The translations under genes and the position numbers were made by a program. Of a stretch of DNA of 64,000 nt, positions 11,711-21,772 are shown piece by piece. Origin of the DNA: an uncultured Gemmatimonadaceae bacterium (GTDB taxonomy: Bacteria; Gemmatimonadota; Gemmatimonadetes; Gemmatimonadales; Gemmatimonadaceae); the NCBI GenBank assembly GCA_963781585.1, contig CAWAGQ010000004.1:768001-832000 (forward strand). The letters run 5' to 3'. Position 1 is the stretch's first letter; each line of letters opens with the position of its first letter. The notes under the pieces were generated by a model. That model was not told where the DNA came from. It was given only the letters and a program-made list of their open reading frames with translations, and did not search any database.

Positions 11711-12455
11711 TCAGACACTGACGCGTCCGAAGCGACGTTCGCGGCGCTGGAAGTCCCGGATGGCCTCGAACAGGTCGGCGCGGGTGAAATCGGGCCAGAG
11801 TACGGGCGAGATGTAGATCTCGGCGTAGGCGAGCTGCCAGAGCAGGAAGTTCGAGATCCGGCTCTCGCCCGATGTGCGGATGAGCAGATCGGGATCGGGA
11901 ACGCCGGCGGTGTACAGGTGCGCTTCCAGATCGGCGGCGCTCGATCCCGTCCGGATCGAGCGTCCCGTCGCGGGCATCGCGCGCCAGCAGCCGCACTGCG
12001 CGCACCAACTCGTCGCGCGCGCCATACGACACGAACAGGTTGAGCACCAGCTGATGGTTCGCGGCGGTGCGACCGACGACCTCCTTCACCGCCGACGCGG
12101 CCGACGGTGAGAGCCGGGTCAGGTCGCCGAGCACGCGCACCTGCACTCCGCGTGCCTCGAGCTCATCGGCCTCGCGCGCCACATACTCCTCCAGCAGCGA
12201 CATCAGCGCGTTCACTTCACTGGCCGGACGCTCCCAGTTCTCGCGCGAGAACGCAAACAGCGAGAGGTAGCCGAGTCCGGCTTCGGCCGCACCCTCGACG
12301 ACCTCTCGCACCGCGTTCATGCCGGAGCGGTGGCCGAACGTGCGCGGCAACAGGCGCTCGCGCGCCCACCGGCCGTTGCCGTCCATGATGATGGCGACGT
12401 GTCGCGGGACGGCGTCGCTCGCACGAATCTGCGCCAGGAGCTCGTCGGTCGACAT
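11711..12455 (-). CDS. uppS: Undecaprenyl diphosphate synthase, apparently frameshifted near 11940
   Basis: [13 protein letters not shown] and [10 protein letters not shown] in one frame; [21 protein letters not shown] in another. Confidence 0.93.
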
Positions 12456-12480
12456 CGCCCGCACCGGATTCGGCGTCGTC

Positions 12481-13035
12481 TCAGACTTCCATGATTTCTT
12501 GCTCTTTCGCCTTCAGCATCGCGTCGAGCCTGGCGATGTACTCGTCGTGCAACTTCTGCAGGTCCTTCTCGGCGTGCTTGACGTCGTCTTCCGAGACGCC
12601 CTCGAGCTTCTTCAGCCGCTCGCGACTGTCGGTCCGCCAGTGGCGCACCGAGATGCGTCCTTCCTCCGTGAGCTTGTGGACGACCTTGACCAGTTCGCGC
12701 CGCCGCTCCTCGTTCATGGCCGGGAGCGGAACCCGAATGATCCCGGCCTGAGCCGACGGTTCGAGGCCAAGCTCCGAATCGCGAATGGCCTTCTCGATGA
12801 CCTTGATCTGGCCCTTGTCGTACGGCGTGACGATGAGCAGCCGGGGCTCGGGGGCGGCGATGCTGGCCACCTGGTTCAGGATCATCTGGGTTCCGTAGAT
12901 CTCCACCCGGATGGTATCGAGCATGTTCGGCGTCGCCTTGCCGCTGCGGATCGATGTGAACTCGTGCTTTGCGCCCTCGAGCGCCTTGTCCATGTGCGCC
13001 CGCGCATCCTTGAGAATCTGCTGGATTGTGCTCAT
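12481..13035 (-). CDS. frr: Ribosome recycling factor
   Basis: [30 protein letters not shown] and KEQEIMEV. Start at MSTIQQIL. Confidence 0.97.
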   Translation of the reverse strand: MSTIQQILKDARAHMDKALEGAKHEFTSIRSGKATPNMLDTIRVEIYGTQMILNQVASIAAPEPRLLIVTPYDKGQIKVIEKAIRDSELGLEPSAQAGIIRVPLPAMNEERRRELVKVVHKLTEEGRISVRHWRTDSRERLKKLEGVSEDDVKHAEKDLQKLHDEYIARLDAMLKAKEQEIMEV

Positions 13036-13758
13036 GAGCGAACGATGGTCCCCACGCGCTCGCCGCGAACGGCCGCCGCGACAGCGCCCTTTCGGTGGAT
13101 GTTGAGTACGATCAGCGGGAGCTGGTTCTCCTTGCACAGCGTCACCGCCGTCTGATCCATCACGCCCAGTTCCTCGAGCATGACGTCGCGGTAACTGATG
13201 ACCTCGTAGAGCTTGGCGTTCGGGTCCTTCTTGGGATCGGCCGAATACACGCCGTCCACGCTGGTGGCCTTGATGATCACGTCGGCCTTGATCTGGATCG
13301 CGCGCAGCGCCGCGGCGGTATCGGTGGAAAAGTACGGATTGCCCGTGCCGCCGGCAAAAATGACCATGCGGCCCTTCTCGAAATGGCGCAACGCGCGCCG
13401 GCGGATATAGGGCTCGGCGAGTTCTTCCATACGGATGGCGGTCATGACACGGGTATCGAGCCCCCGCTTCTCCAGCGCGTCCTGCAGCGCGAGCGCGTTG
13501 ATCACCGTCCCCAGCATCCCCATGTAGTCGGCGGCGACGCGATCCATGCCGAGCTTCGCCAGCAGGGTGCCACGAACGATGTTGCCACCGCCGATGACCA
13601 TCCCGACGCCGACCCCCAGGTCGTAGACGCTCTTGATTTCGTCGCAGAACTGCTCGATGCGATCGAAATCGAAGCCCACGCCCTTCTCGCCGGCGAGCGC
13701 CTCGCCGGAGATCTTCAGCAGAATGCGCTGGTAGGCGACCTGGGGCGGAGCTGGTCAC
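13032..13758 (-). CDS. pyrH: UMP kinase, apparently frameshifted near 13743
   Basis: [23 protein letters not shown] and [17 protein letters not shown]. The only nearby start (GTG overlapping the tsf stop) is out of frame with this sequence. Confidence 0.93.
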
Positions 13759-14642
13759 TCCTCGCCCATCCGGAAGCGCACGAAGCGACGGATCGCCAGC
13801 GCTGCCCCAGCGGCCTTGCTGCGCTCGTCGAGGAGCTGCTGGATCGTCTTCGAGTCGTCGCGCACCCAGGGCTGCTCGAGGAGCGTCACCTCGGCGAAGA
13901 ACTTGCGCAGCTGCCCTTCGACGATCCGCTCGATGATCGCCTCGGGCTTCCCCTCCGCGCGGGCCTTCTCCTCGAAGATGCGCTGTTCGCGCTCGACCAG
14001 CTCGGGGGGAATCTCCCCGCGCCGCACCGCCTGCGGGGCGGTGGGTGAGCCCGCGACATGGAGCGCCACCTCGTTGGCCAGCTCGGTGGCAGTCGCACCG
14101 CGCGGTCCGATCACGTCGACCAGGACGGCCACCCGTCCATTGTGATGCAGATAGCTGCCAATGGTGCCGTCGGTGGCAAACCGGGCGTAGCGGCGCAGCA
14201 CGACGCGCTCGCCGGTCCTGGCCGACGCCTCCGTGACCACATCCTGGACCGTCTTGCCGGGGTCGCGATGGTACGGTCGTCCCGGGAGATCGCCCTCGGC
14301 GCTGTTCGTCACCACGGAATTCACCGATGCGTCGTTCAGCAATTGCTCGGCGAGCGATTGCGCGAGATCGCCGAAATCGGTCGTGCGCGCCACGAAGTCC
14401 GTCTCGGAGTTGATCTCCAGGAGGACACCGGTCTTCCGGTCATCCGTCACGATGCTCGCGAGGCGGCCTTCAGAGGCCGCGCGTCCGGCACGCTTCTCCG
14501 CCTTGGCGATGCCCTTCTTGCGCAGGTTCTCCACCGCCTTGTCCATGTCGCCGGCGGTTTCAATGAGTGCGGACTTGCAGTCCATCATGCCGGCGCCGGT
14601 GCGCTGGCGCAGCTCCTGGACCTCTCTTGCGGTCACTGACAT
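13755..14642 (-). CDS. tsf: Translation elongation factor Ts
   Basis: LRQRTGAGMMDCK, EINSETDFVAR and IRRFVRF. Confidence 0.97.
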   Translation of the reverse strand: MSVTAREVQELRQRTGAGMMDCKSALIETAGDMDKAVENLRKKGIAKAEKRAGRAASEGRLASIVTDDRKTGVLLEINSETDFVARTTDFGDLAQSLAEQLLNDASVNSVVTNSAEGDLPGRPYHRDPGKTVQDVVTEASARTGERVVLRRYARFATDGTIGSYLHHNGRVAVLVDVIGPRGATATELANEVALHVAGSPTAPQAVRRGEIPPELVEREQRIFEEKARAEGKPEAIIERIVEGQLRKFFAEVTLLEQPWVRDDSKTIQQLLDERSKAAGAALAIRRFVRFRMGEE

Positions 14643-15670
14643 TTCGATTCCCGTTGGTGTGCAAACGCCGCCAGCATGAAAACCGGCGGCGCGCGTTTCG
14701 TGAAGCGGCTGCGGACCGATCGGCCGCCGCCGTAGCGCGAATCACTCCGCCGATGTTTCGCCGCCCTCTCCCGCCATCGCCCTCCCCCTCCCCCCTCACC
14801 GCCTTCGACCGATTCCCCGCCTTCTCCTCCGGTCTTGAGGCGGGCGGCGATGGCCTCGGGCTTGGCCCGGCGCCGACGCGGCCGACGGCGTCGCTTCCGC
14901 TCCTCCTCGCCCGGAGCGGCGGTCTCGAGACCGCGATCGGAGCTGTAGGTGCTCTCCTCGCCCTCTTCCTCCACCGCGCGCACCGGCGCCTCGCGCCGCG
15001 CCTCCAGAATGGACTCCGCGATAAAGCGGGTGATCAGCTCGACCGACCGGATCGCATCGTCATTGCCGGCGATCGGGACCGTGATGAGGTCCGGGTCGGC
15101 GTTGGTGTCGACGATTCCGGCAATGGGGATGCCGAGCTTGTTCGCCTCGCTGACCGCGATCCGCTCCTTCTTCGAGTCGATCACGAACAGCAGTCCCGGC
15201 AGGCGCCCCATGTTCTTGATGCCCTCCAGGTACTTCGACAGCTTGTCGCGCTGCCGCGAGAGGAGGAGCTGTTCCTTCTTGGTGTAGTTCTCGAACTCGC
15301 CACCGGCTTCGGTGCCGGCTTCGAGGTCCTTGAGCCGCCGGATCTGCTTCTTGATCGTCTGAAAGTTGGTCAGCAGGCCGCCCAGCCAGCGCTCGGTGAC
15401 GAACAGCGATCCGCTGCGCTCCGCCTCGCCGCGCACGATCGCCGCCACTTGCCGCTTGGTGCAGACGAACAGGATGTTGTCGCCGCGGACGATGACCTCG
15501 CGCACCAGCTTCTGCGCCGCCTCGATCTGCTTCAGCGTCTTCTGCAGATCGATGATATGAATGCCGTTGCGCTCGGCGAAGATGAAGCGGCGCATCTTCG
15601 GGTTCCAGCGACGTGTCTGGTGGCCGAAGTGAACGCCGGCTTCGAGAAGCTGTTCGAGAGTGGGCTGCAT
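14633..15670 (-). CDS. rpsB: 30S ribosomal protein S2; the true stop may be at 14742 if the G-runs are miscalled
   Basis: AGVHFGHQTRRWNPKM, RWLGGLLTNF and DTNADPD...PIAGNDDAIRS, followed by an Arg-rich and acidic tail. Confidence 0.96.
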   Translation of the reverse strand: MQPTLEQLLEAGVHFGHQTRRWNPKMRRFIFAERNGIHIIDLQKTLKQIEAAQKLVREVIVRGDNILFVCTKRQVAAIVRGEAERSGSLFVTERWLGGLLTNFQTIKKQIRRLKDLEAGTEAGGEFENYTKKEQLLLSRQRDKLSKYLEGIKNMGRLPGLLFVIDSKKERIAVSEANKLGIPIAGIVDTNADPDLITVPIAGNDDAIRSVELITRFIAESILEARREAPVRAVEEEGEESTYSSDRGLETAAPGEEERKRRRRPRRRRAKPEAIAARLKTGGEGGESVEGGEGGGGGRWRERAAKHRRSDSRYGGGRSVRSRFTKRAPPVFMLAAFAHQRESKCQ

Positions 15671-15844
15671 GGACCGATGAAGTGTGGAGGGTTGGGATCG
15701 TCCGCGCCCGTCATCGCTCTCGTCAACCGACGAACCGTCGGCACCCTCGAGAGCTCCGGACGCGTGAGTGATGGATTGTCTCGGGAGTCCGGTGGCTCCG
15801 GGAGGCGACCGCCCCCGAGGAGCACCCGCGACTCGCGATCGTCG

Positions 15845-16243
15845 CTACCGCTTGCTGAACTGGAATCGCTTCCTGGCTCCCGGGCGCCCCGGCTTCTTCC
15901 GCTCCACGGTCCGGGCATCGCGGGTGAGGAGGCCGAGGTCGCGCAGCTTGCGCCGATGAACCTCGTCGACAAGCACCAGCGCCCGGGCTGCCGCCAGCCG
16001 CAGCGCGCCCGCCTGTCCGGCCTGTCCCCCGCCCTCCACCCGCGCTTTCACGTCAAACCGTCCGAGCGTGTCGGTGGCGGTGAACGGCTGCTGGATCGCC
16101 GAAACGAGCGCCGGCCGCGGGAAGTAGTCGCCTAACGTGCGACCGTTGATGTCCCACTTGCCCGAACCGGGACGGAGGTACAGACGGCAGACCGACTCCT
16201 TGCGCCGTCCCACGGCGTGAATGGGGGTACTCTCAGGCATCAC
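15845..16243 (-). CDS. rpsI: 30S ribosomal protein S9
   Basis: [17 protein letters not shown] and [19 protein letters not shown]. Confidence 0.98.
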   Translation of the reverse strand: MMPESTPIHAVGRRKESVCRLYLRPGSGKWDINGRTLGDYFPRPALVSAIQQPFTATDTLGRFDVKARVEGGGQAGQAGALRLAAARALVLVDEVHRRKLRDLGLLTRDARTVERKKPGRPGARKRFQFSKR

Positions 16244-16689
16244 GAGTCACTCGGTGCGCCGAAGCTCAGCGCAGTGGGTTTCTGGGCCGCGTGCGGATGG
16301 TCCGCGCCGGCATACACGCGCAACTTCCGTCGCAGCACCTGCCGCGCGAGCGTGGACTTGGGCAGCATGCCGTGCACCGCCTTTTCGATCACCCGCTCGG
16401 GGTGCCGCGCGATCTCCACACTGAACGGGATGAAGCGCTCGTGGCCCATGTAGCCCGTATGCCGGAAGTAGCGCTTCTGCTCGCTCTTGCGACCGGTAAC
16501 GCGGACCTTGGATGCGTTGATCACGATGACGTTGTCACCGGTATCCATGTGCGGCGTGAAGATCGGCTTGTGCTTGCCCCGGAGGATCTTTGCGATTTCC
16601 GAAGCCAGCCGGCCGAGCACCATGCCATCGGCGTCGACGACGAACCACTTCTGGTCGATATCCGCCGGCGTGGCGGAAAACGTTTTCAT
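16240..16689 (-). CDS. rplM: 50S ribosomal protein L13
   Basis: WFVVDA, LGRLAS and [17 protein letters not shown]. Confidence 0.98.
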   Translation of the reverse strand: MKTFSATPADIDQKWFVVDADGMVLGRLASEIAKILRGKHKPIFTPHMDTGDNVIVINASKVRVTGRKSEQKRYFRHTGYMGHERFIPFSVEIARHPERVIEKAVHGMLPKSTLARQVLRRKLRVYAGADHPHAAQKPTALSFGAPSDS

Positions 16690-16761
16690 GGCAGCGGGAA
16701 GGAGCGAGCAAACGACGGTGACGGGCGCACGTATCTCGCCCGCCTTTTTTGACAGAACTTC

Positions 16762-16790
16762 AACATAGACAGAGGCTTACGGGGAGTCAA
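16762..16790 (-). promoter_or_regulatory. sigma70-type promoter for rplM-rpsI
   Basis: TTGACT-17 bp-TATGTT on the minus strand. Confidence 0.7.
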
Positions 16791-16857
16791 CTGCGCTCGC
16801 GCCGCCTTTCTCCCACACGCACGCGAAAGCGCACCCTGCAACCCGCATCGCTGCCCT

Positions 16858-17358
16858 CTACTCGATTTCCAGCAGCACCGTCCCCTTCTCCACCGCCACA
16901 CCCGCCTGCGCGTGGACGCGAGTAACGGTTCCGGCGCCCGTGGCGCGCAATTCGTTCTCCATCTTCATCGCCTCCATCACAACCAGAGCCCGCCCCACCT
17001 CCACGGCGTCGCCCGGCTGCACCTCGACTCGTACGATGAGGCCTGGCATCGGGGCAATCAGTCGCAGCGGCCCGGTCCGGTGCCGCCGGTTCGCGTCCAT
17101 ATCGCGCAACCGCTGCGTGTGCTCGTCGGTGGCCTGCGCCACGAGCCGGTGATCGTCGGTGGTGACCGTGTAGTCCCCTCGACCCCCGCCGTGCTCCACA
17201 GCCACCAGATGCCGCGCGGTTCCAACGGCCACTTCAACCATCGGTGTGCCAGCGATCGGGGCGAGGTGCGCGAGGATCGGCTCGCCGTCCACCAGGATCG
17301 CGTCATCGCTGATCTCCACCGAGAAGGTGTCGCCTTCCACGTCCACGACGTACTTCAC
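16858..17358 (-). CDS. Biotin carboxyl carrier protein of an acyl-CoA carboxylase
   Basis: APMPGLIV and the biotinylation motif VMEAMKMENEL. Confidence 0.93.
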   Translation of the reverse strand: MKYVVDVEGDTFSVEISDDAILVDGEPILAHLAPIAGTPMVEVAVGTARHLVAVEHGGGRGDYTVTTDDHRLVAQATDEHTQRLRDMDANRRHRTGPLRLIAPMPGLIVRVEVQPGDAVEVGRALVVMEAMKMENELRATGAGTVTRVHAQAGVAVEKGTVLLEIE

Positions 17359-18581
17359 GGCGACGGTCTGAGTTCGACCAGTGTCTCGACGTGCGCCGTC
17401 TGGGGAAACATGTCCCAGGCCTCCACGAACGTGACGCGATACGCCGGCAGCCGGGCCACGTCTCGCGCGAGCGTTGCCGGATCGCAGCTCACGTAGATCA
17501 GTGTCGCGGGGCGAGGTCCCTGCTCCAGCAGTCGCGTGACCCGCGAGTCGACCCCGGTACGCGGCGGATTCAGGATCACGACGTCGGTCGGCAGCAACTC
17601 GCCCAGAACATCCTCGACGCTCGCCTCGCGCACCGACATCCCCGGACCCGCATGCGCGCGCGCGAAAGCGGCAGCCTCGGCATCACGTTCGACGGCCGTG
17701 ACCGCCACGCCGCGCTCCGCCAGCATTGTGCTCGTGGCGCCGTTGCCGGCGTACGCATCGACGGCGGTGGCCGGGTGCGCGGACGTGACGCGCTGGACGA
17801 TGGCCTCCCGCAGGAGGTCCGCAAGGCGCCGATTCACCTGCTCGAAGGCCGCCGCTGGCAGCCGATCGACGCGACGGTCCACGACCACCCGCGGGGGGGC
17901 GCGATCGGGGGTCCATCGAATGAACTGCAGAGAGGGACAGGCAGCGGCAAAGTCGCGCGCGTTGTCCCAGCGACGACCGCCGTCCAGCAGGAGCGACAGT
18001 GCATCGCCGGTCCGCCGGATGGTCCCACGGAGGGATCCCGCCTGCGGGAGGAGCCCGCTGGCGGCGCGCACGTCGCGCCACGCCCCGACCACCGCCGGGT
18101 CGGTGATGGGACATTCATGGAGCAGGAAGATCGCGGCCGGATTGTCGTACTGATGGAGGCCGATCATCCACGCGGCGCCGTCGTACCGCATGGTGAGAGC
18201 GAGGCGTGAGCGGTACTCCCACTGCAGCGGGCTGGCCACGATCCCGGGCAGTTCGACCGGACGTCGCGCGATACGGACCAGCGCATCCCGGACGATGCGC
18301 CGTTTGACTTCGAGTTGCGCCGGGTAGTCGAGATGCTGGAGCTGGCACCCGCCGCAGCGGTCGCGGAGGTAGTGGTGGCACCGGGGGGCGACCCGTGCCG
18401 CGCCCTCCCGCACCAAGCGGACCACTTCACCGCGGCCGAAGCGGCCGTGGGGCGCGATGCGCACGTCGGCCACGTCGCCGGGCGCGGTGCGAGGGATGAA
18501 GACCGCCATGCCCTCCGCGCGCGCCACACCGTCGCCCCCTGCCGCGATCGACTCCACGGTTACCTGCTCCAGCGCCGCCAT
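17355..18581 (-). CDS. TRAM-domain RNA (uracil-5)-methyltransferase, RlmD/TrmA family
   Basis: N-terminal TRAM domain, the Cys motif C..CGGC, NPPRTG, YVSCDPATLARD and DMFPQTAHVE. Confidence 0.92.
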   Translation of the reverse strand: MAALEQVTVESIAAGGDGVARAEGMAVFIPRTAPGDVADVRIAPHGRFGRGEVVRLVREGAARVAPRCHHYLRDRCGGCQLQHLDYPAQLEVKRRIVRDALVRIARRPVELPGIVASPLQWEYRSRLALTMRYDGAAWMIGLHQYDNPAAIFLLHECPITDPAVVGAWRDVRAASGLLPQAGSLRGTIRRTGDALSLLLDGGRRWDNARDFAAACPSLQFIRWTPDRAPPRVVVDRRVDRLPAAAFEQVNRRLADLLREAIVQRVTSAHPATAVDAYAGNGATSTMLAERGVAVTAVERDAEAAAFARAHAGPGMSVREASVEDVLGELLPTDVVILNPPRTGVDSRVTRLLEQGPRPATLIYVSCDPATLARDVARLPAYRVTFVEAWDMFPQTAHVETLVELRPSP

Positions 18582-18584
18582 TGC

Positions 18585-20084
18585 CTAACGAAGTGCCTCG
18601 CGCCGCGCCGCCTCGCGCCAGGCATCGGCGGCCGGCGCTTCGGCCGGCGCGGCGCCGTTGCCGGTTCCGCGATCGGCGTGCGCGAGAAGTGCCGCTGTCA
18701 GGGCCGCGAGGCGCTTCTCGGCAGTCGGGGCGCCGCCGTCGGCAAAGTCCGGCAGCCGTCGCTCCAGCCACTGGCTGTCGAACGCCCCGCTGCGAAACTC
18801 CGGCGCCTCGAGCACCCGGAGATGAAACTCGCGCGAGCTCTCCACGCCCACGATGCGCAGTTCGCGCAGGGCCCGCTGCATCCGGCGGATCGCCTGATCG
18901 CGGGTGGACGCCCAGGCAATGAGCTTGCCGAGCAGAGAGTCGTAGTGCAGACCGACATGTGTCCCGGTCTCGATCGCGCCATCCCATCGCACCCCCGGCC
19001 CCGCCGGCAGGCGCAGGTACTCGATCTGCCCGGTGGACGGGAGAAATCCGGACCGCGGGTCTTCGGCGGTGATGCGGCATTCGATCGCGCATCCGCGCGG
19101 CTCGAGGGTCGCCGGCAGCGTCACCCGCGCACCCTCGGCAATGCGAATCTGCCATTGCACGAGATCGATGCCGGTCACCATTTCCGTCACCGGATGTTCC
19201 ACCTGGAGACGGGTGTTCATTTCCAGGAAGTAGAACTGGCCCTGCCGGTCGAGCAGGAACTCGCAGGTGCCGGCGTTGACGTAGCCCGCGGCGCGCGCGG
19301 CGGCGACCGCCGTCTCTCCCATCCGGCGCCGGAGCACCGGAGTGACCGCGACGCTCGGCGCCTCCTCCAGCATCTTCTGGTGGCGCCGCTGGAGCGAGCA
19401 CTCGCGTTCACCCAGCGACACCACGCCGCCGTGCCGGTCGGCCAGTATCTGGATCTCCACGTGACGCGGGCCATCCAGGTACTTCTCGACATAGACCGCG
19501 TCGTCGCCGAACGCGTTGCGCGCCTCGCGTCGCGCGGCATCGAGGGCCGGTGGGAGATCGGCGGCTCGTTCGACGAGGCGCATCCCCTTCCCGCCGCCAC
19601 CGGCGGCCGCTTTCAGCAGAACGGGGTAGCCGAAGCGCTCGGCGGCGGACGTCGCGTCGTCGGCGTCACGCACGTTGTGCGTGGTTCCCGGTACCAGCGG
19701 AACGCCGGCCCGTCGGGCGAGCAGTCTCGCAGTCGTCTTGTCGCCCAGGCTGGCGATGGCCTCGGGAGGAGGACCGATCCAGACGATACCGCTGTCCCGC
19801 ACCTGCCGCGCAAAGGCCGCACGCTCCGACAGAAAGCCGTATCCGGGATGAATGGCGTCGGCCTTCGCGGCAAGGGCCGCTTCCACGATCCGATCGCCAC
19901 GAAGGTAGCTCTCGCTCGAAGGCGCCGGCCCGATGTGGACGGCTTCGTCGGCTGCCCGGACATGAGGTGCGGCTGCGTCGGCATCCGAGTATACCGCCAC
20001 CGAGGCGATCCCGAGCTCCCGGCAGGCGCGAATCACCCGCACCGCGATCTCTCCCCGGTTGGCGACCAGGATCTTCCTGAACAT
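18585..20084 (-). CDS. accC: Biotin carboxylase subunit
   Basis: KILVANRGEIA, HPGYGFLSE, GGGGKGMR, ERECSLQRRHQK and EMNTRLQVEHPVTE. Confidence 0.95.
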   Translation of the reverse strand: MFRKILVANRGEIAVRVIRACRELGIASVAVYSDADAAAPHVRAADEAVHIGPAPSSESYLRGDRIVEAALAAKADAIHPGYGFLSERAAFARQVRDSGIVWIGPPPEAIASLGDKTTARLLARRAGVPLVPGTTHNVRDADDATSAAERFGYPVLLKAAAGGGGKGMRLVERAADLPPALDAARREARNAFGDDAVYVEKYLDGPRHVEIQILADRHGGVVSLGERECSLQRRHQKMLEEAPSVAVTPVLRRRMGETAVAAARAAGYVNAGTCEFLLDRQGQFYFLEMNTRLQVEHPVTEMVTGIDLVQWQIRIAEGARVTLPATLEPRGCAIECRITAEDPRSGFLPSTGQIEYLRLPAGPGVRWDGAIETGTHVGLHYDSLLGKLIAWASTRDQAIRRMQRALRELRIVGVESSREFHLRVLEAPEFRSGAFDSQWLERRLPDFADGGAPTAEKRLAALTAALLAHADRGTGNGAAPAEAPAADAWREAARREALR

Positions 20085-20109
20085 TCAGACCGTCGGCGCC
20101 GGCGCGACG

Positions 20110-21660
20110 CTAGAGAGGGATGTTGCCATGCTTCTTGGGCGGATTCCGGTCGCGCTTGCCCTGCAGCATCTCGAGCGCGTCGATGAGACGGGGCCGCGTG
20201 TCACGCGGGTCGATGATGTCGTCCACGTAGCCGCGTGACGCGGCAACGTACGGATTCGCGAACTTGTCCGTGTACTCCGTGACCCGCTCGTCGGTGGCCG
20301 CCTGCGGATCCGCGCTGTCGGCGAGCTCCTTGCGGAAGAGAATCTCCACCGCACCCTTCGGTCCCATCACCGCGATCTCCGCCGAGGGCCAGGCCACATT
20401 GTAGTCCCCCCGGATGTGCTTGGAGCTCATCACGTCGTACGCGCCACCATAGGCCTTGCGGGTGATCACGGTCAGCTTCGGAACCGTGGCCTCGCAGTAG
20501 GCGAACAACAGTTTGGCGCCCTGGCGGATGATGCCGCCGTGTTCCTGCGCCACGCCGGGGAGGAACCCCGGTACATCCTCGAACGTCACCAGCGGAATGT
20601 TGAAGGCGTCGCAGAACCGTACGAAGCGGGCGCCCTTGACCGAGGCGTTGATGTCGAGCACGCCGGCCAGCACTGCCGGCTGATTGGCGATGATCCCGAC
20701 GCTGTGTCCGCCGAGATGGGCGAACCCGCAGATGATGTTGCCGGCGAACTCGCGGTGAATCTCGAAGAACGCACCGTCGTCCACCACCGCCCGGATCACG
20801 TTGTGCATGTCGTACGGCTTGCTGGGATGGTCGGGCACGATGTCGAGCAGTGCGTCATCCCGCCGCGTGCGGGGATCGGTGCCGGGGCCGCGCGGCGGAT
20901 CCCCCAGGTTGTTGGACGGGAGGTAGCGCAGCAGCGCGCGGATCTGCTGCAGGCAGTCCGCCTCCGAGTCGCAGGCCACGTGGGCCACCCCCGACGTGGC
21001 GGCGTGGGTGTCCGCGCCTCCGAGTTGTTCCATCGTGACGTCTTCGTGGGTCACGGTCTTCACCACGTTCGGCCCGGTCACGAACATGTACGAGGTGCCG
21101 CGGACCATGAACACGAAATCGGTGATGGCCGGGGAATAGACCGCGCCGCCGGCGCACGGGCCGAGAATCGCGGAGATCTGGGGTACCACCCCCGACGCCA
21201 GCGTGTTGCGGAGGAAGATGTCGGCATAGCCGCCTAACGAGACGACGCCCTCCTGGATACGCGCTCCACCGGAGTCGTTCAACCCGATCACCGGGGCGCC
21301 CGACCGCACCGCCAGATCCATGACCTTGCAGATCTTCTCCGCGAAGGCCTCGGACAGCGAACCGCCGAAGACGGTGAAGTCCTGGGAGAACGCGAACACC
21401 AGCCGTCCGTCGATGCGCCCATGCCCGGTCACCACCCCGTCGCCATAGTACTTCTGGTCGGCGAGACCGAAGTCGGTGCTGCGATGGGTCACGAACCGGT
21501 CGAGCTCGACGAACGACCCGTCATCGAGCAGGAGATCGAGCCGCTCCCGCGCCGAGAGCTTGCCCTTGCCGTGCTGCGCCGCGACGCGTTCGGGGCCGCC
21601 TCCCTGCTCCGATTCCTCACGCCGCTGTCGCAGCAGATCGAGCTTCTCGCGCATGGTCAT
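20110..21660 (-). CDS. pccB: Acyl-CoA carboxylase carboxyltransferase (propionyl-/methylmalonyl-CoA type beta chain)
   Basis: [38 protein letters not shown] and KKHGNIPL. Confidence 0.92.
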   Translation of the reverse strand: MTMREKLDLLRQRREESEQGGGPERVAAQHGKGKLSARERLDLLLDDGSFVELDRFVTHRSTDFGLADQKYYGDGVVTGHGRIDGRLVFAFSQDFTVFGGSLSEAFAEKICKVMDLAVRSGAPVIGLNDSGGARIQEGVVSLGGYADIFLRNTLASGVVPQISAILGPCAGGAVYSPAITDFVFMVRGTSYMFVTGPNVVKTVTHEDVTMEQLGGADTHAATSGVAHVACDSEADCLQQIRALLRYLPSNNLGDPPRGPGTDPRTRRDDALLDIVPDHPSKPYDMHNVIRAVVDDGAFFEIHREFAGNIICGFAHLGGHSVGIIANQPAVLAGVLDINASVKGARFVRFCDAFNIPLVTFEDVPGFLPGVAQEHGGIIRQGAKLLFAYCEATVPKLTVITRKAYGGAYDVMSSKHIRGDYNVAWPSAEIAVMGPKGAVEILFRKELADSADPQAATDERVTEYTDKFANPYVAASRGYVDDIIDPRDTRPRLIDALEMLQGKRDRNPPKKHGNIPL

Positions 21661-21772
21661 GGCGCGGAAAGGTATCCCGCGCCGGGAACCTTCTCCAGCC
21701 GCGCGCCCGGTGGCGTGCCGCTTGCGGGAGACTCGTAATGCGGCGTAGCTTCCGCCGCGAGCCCACCATCGC

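Noticed and set aside
10353..12464. 703-aa ORF that looks like a UppS-CdsA-Dxr fusion
   Set aside because: It passes through fragments of three genes joined by out-of-frame junk, a product of the local frameshifts.
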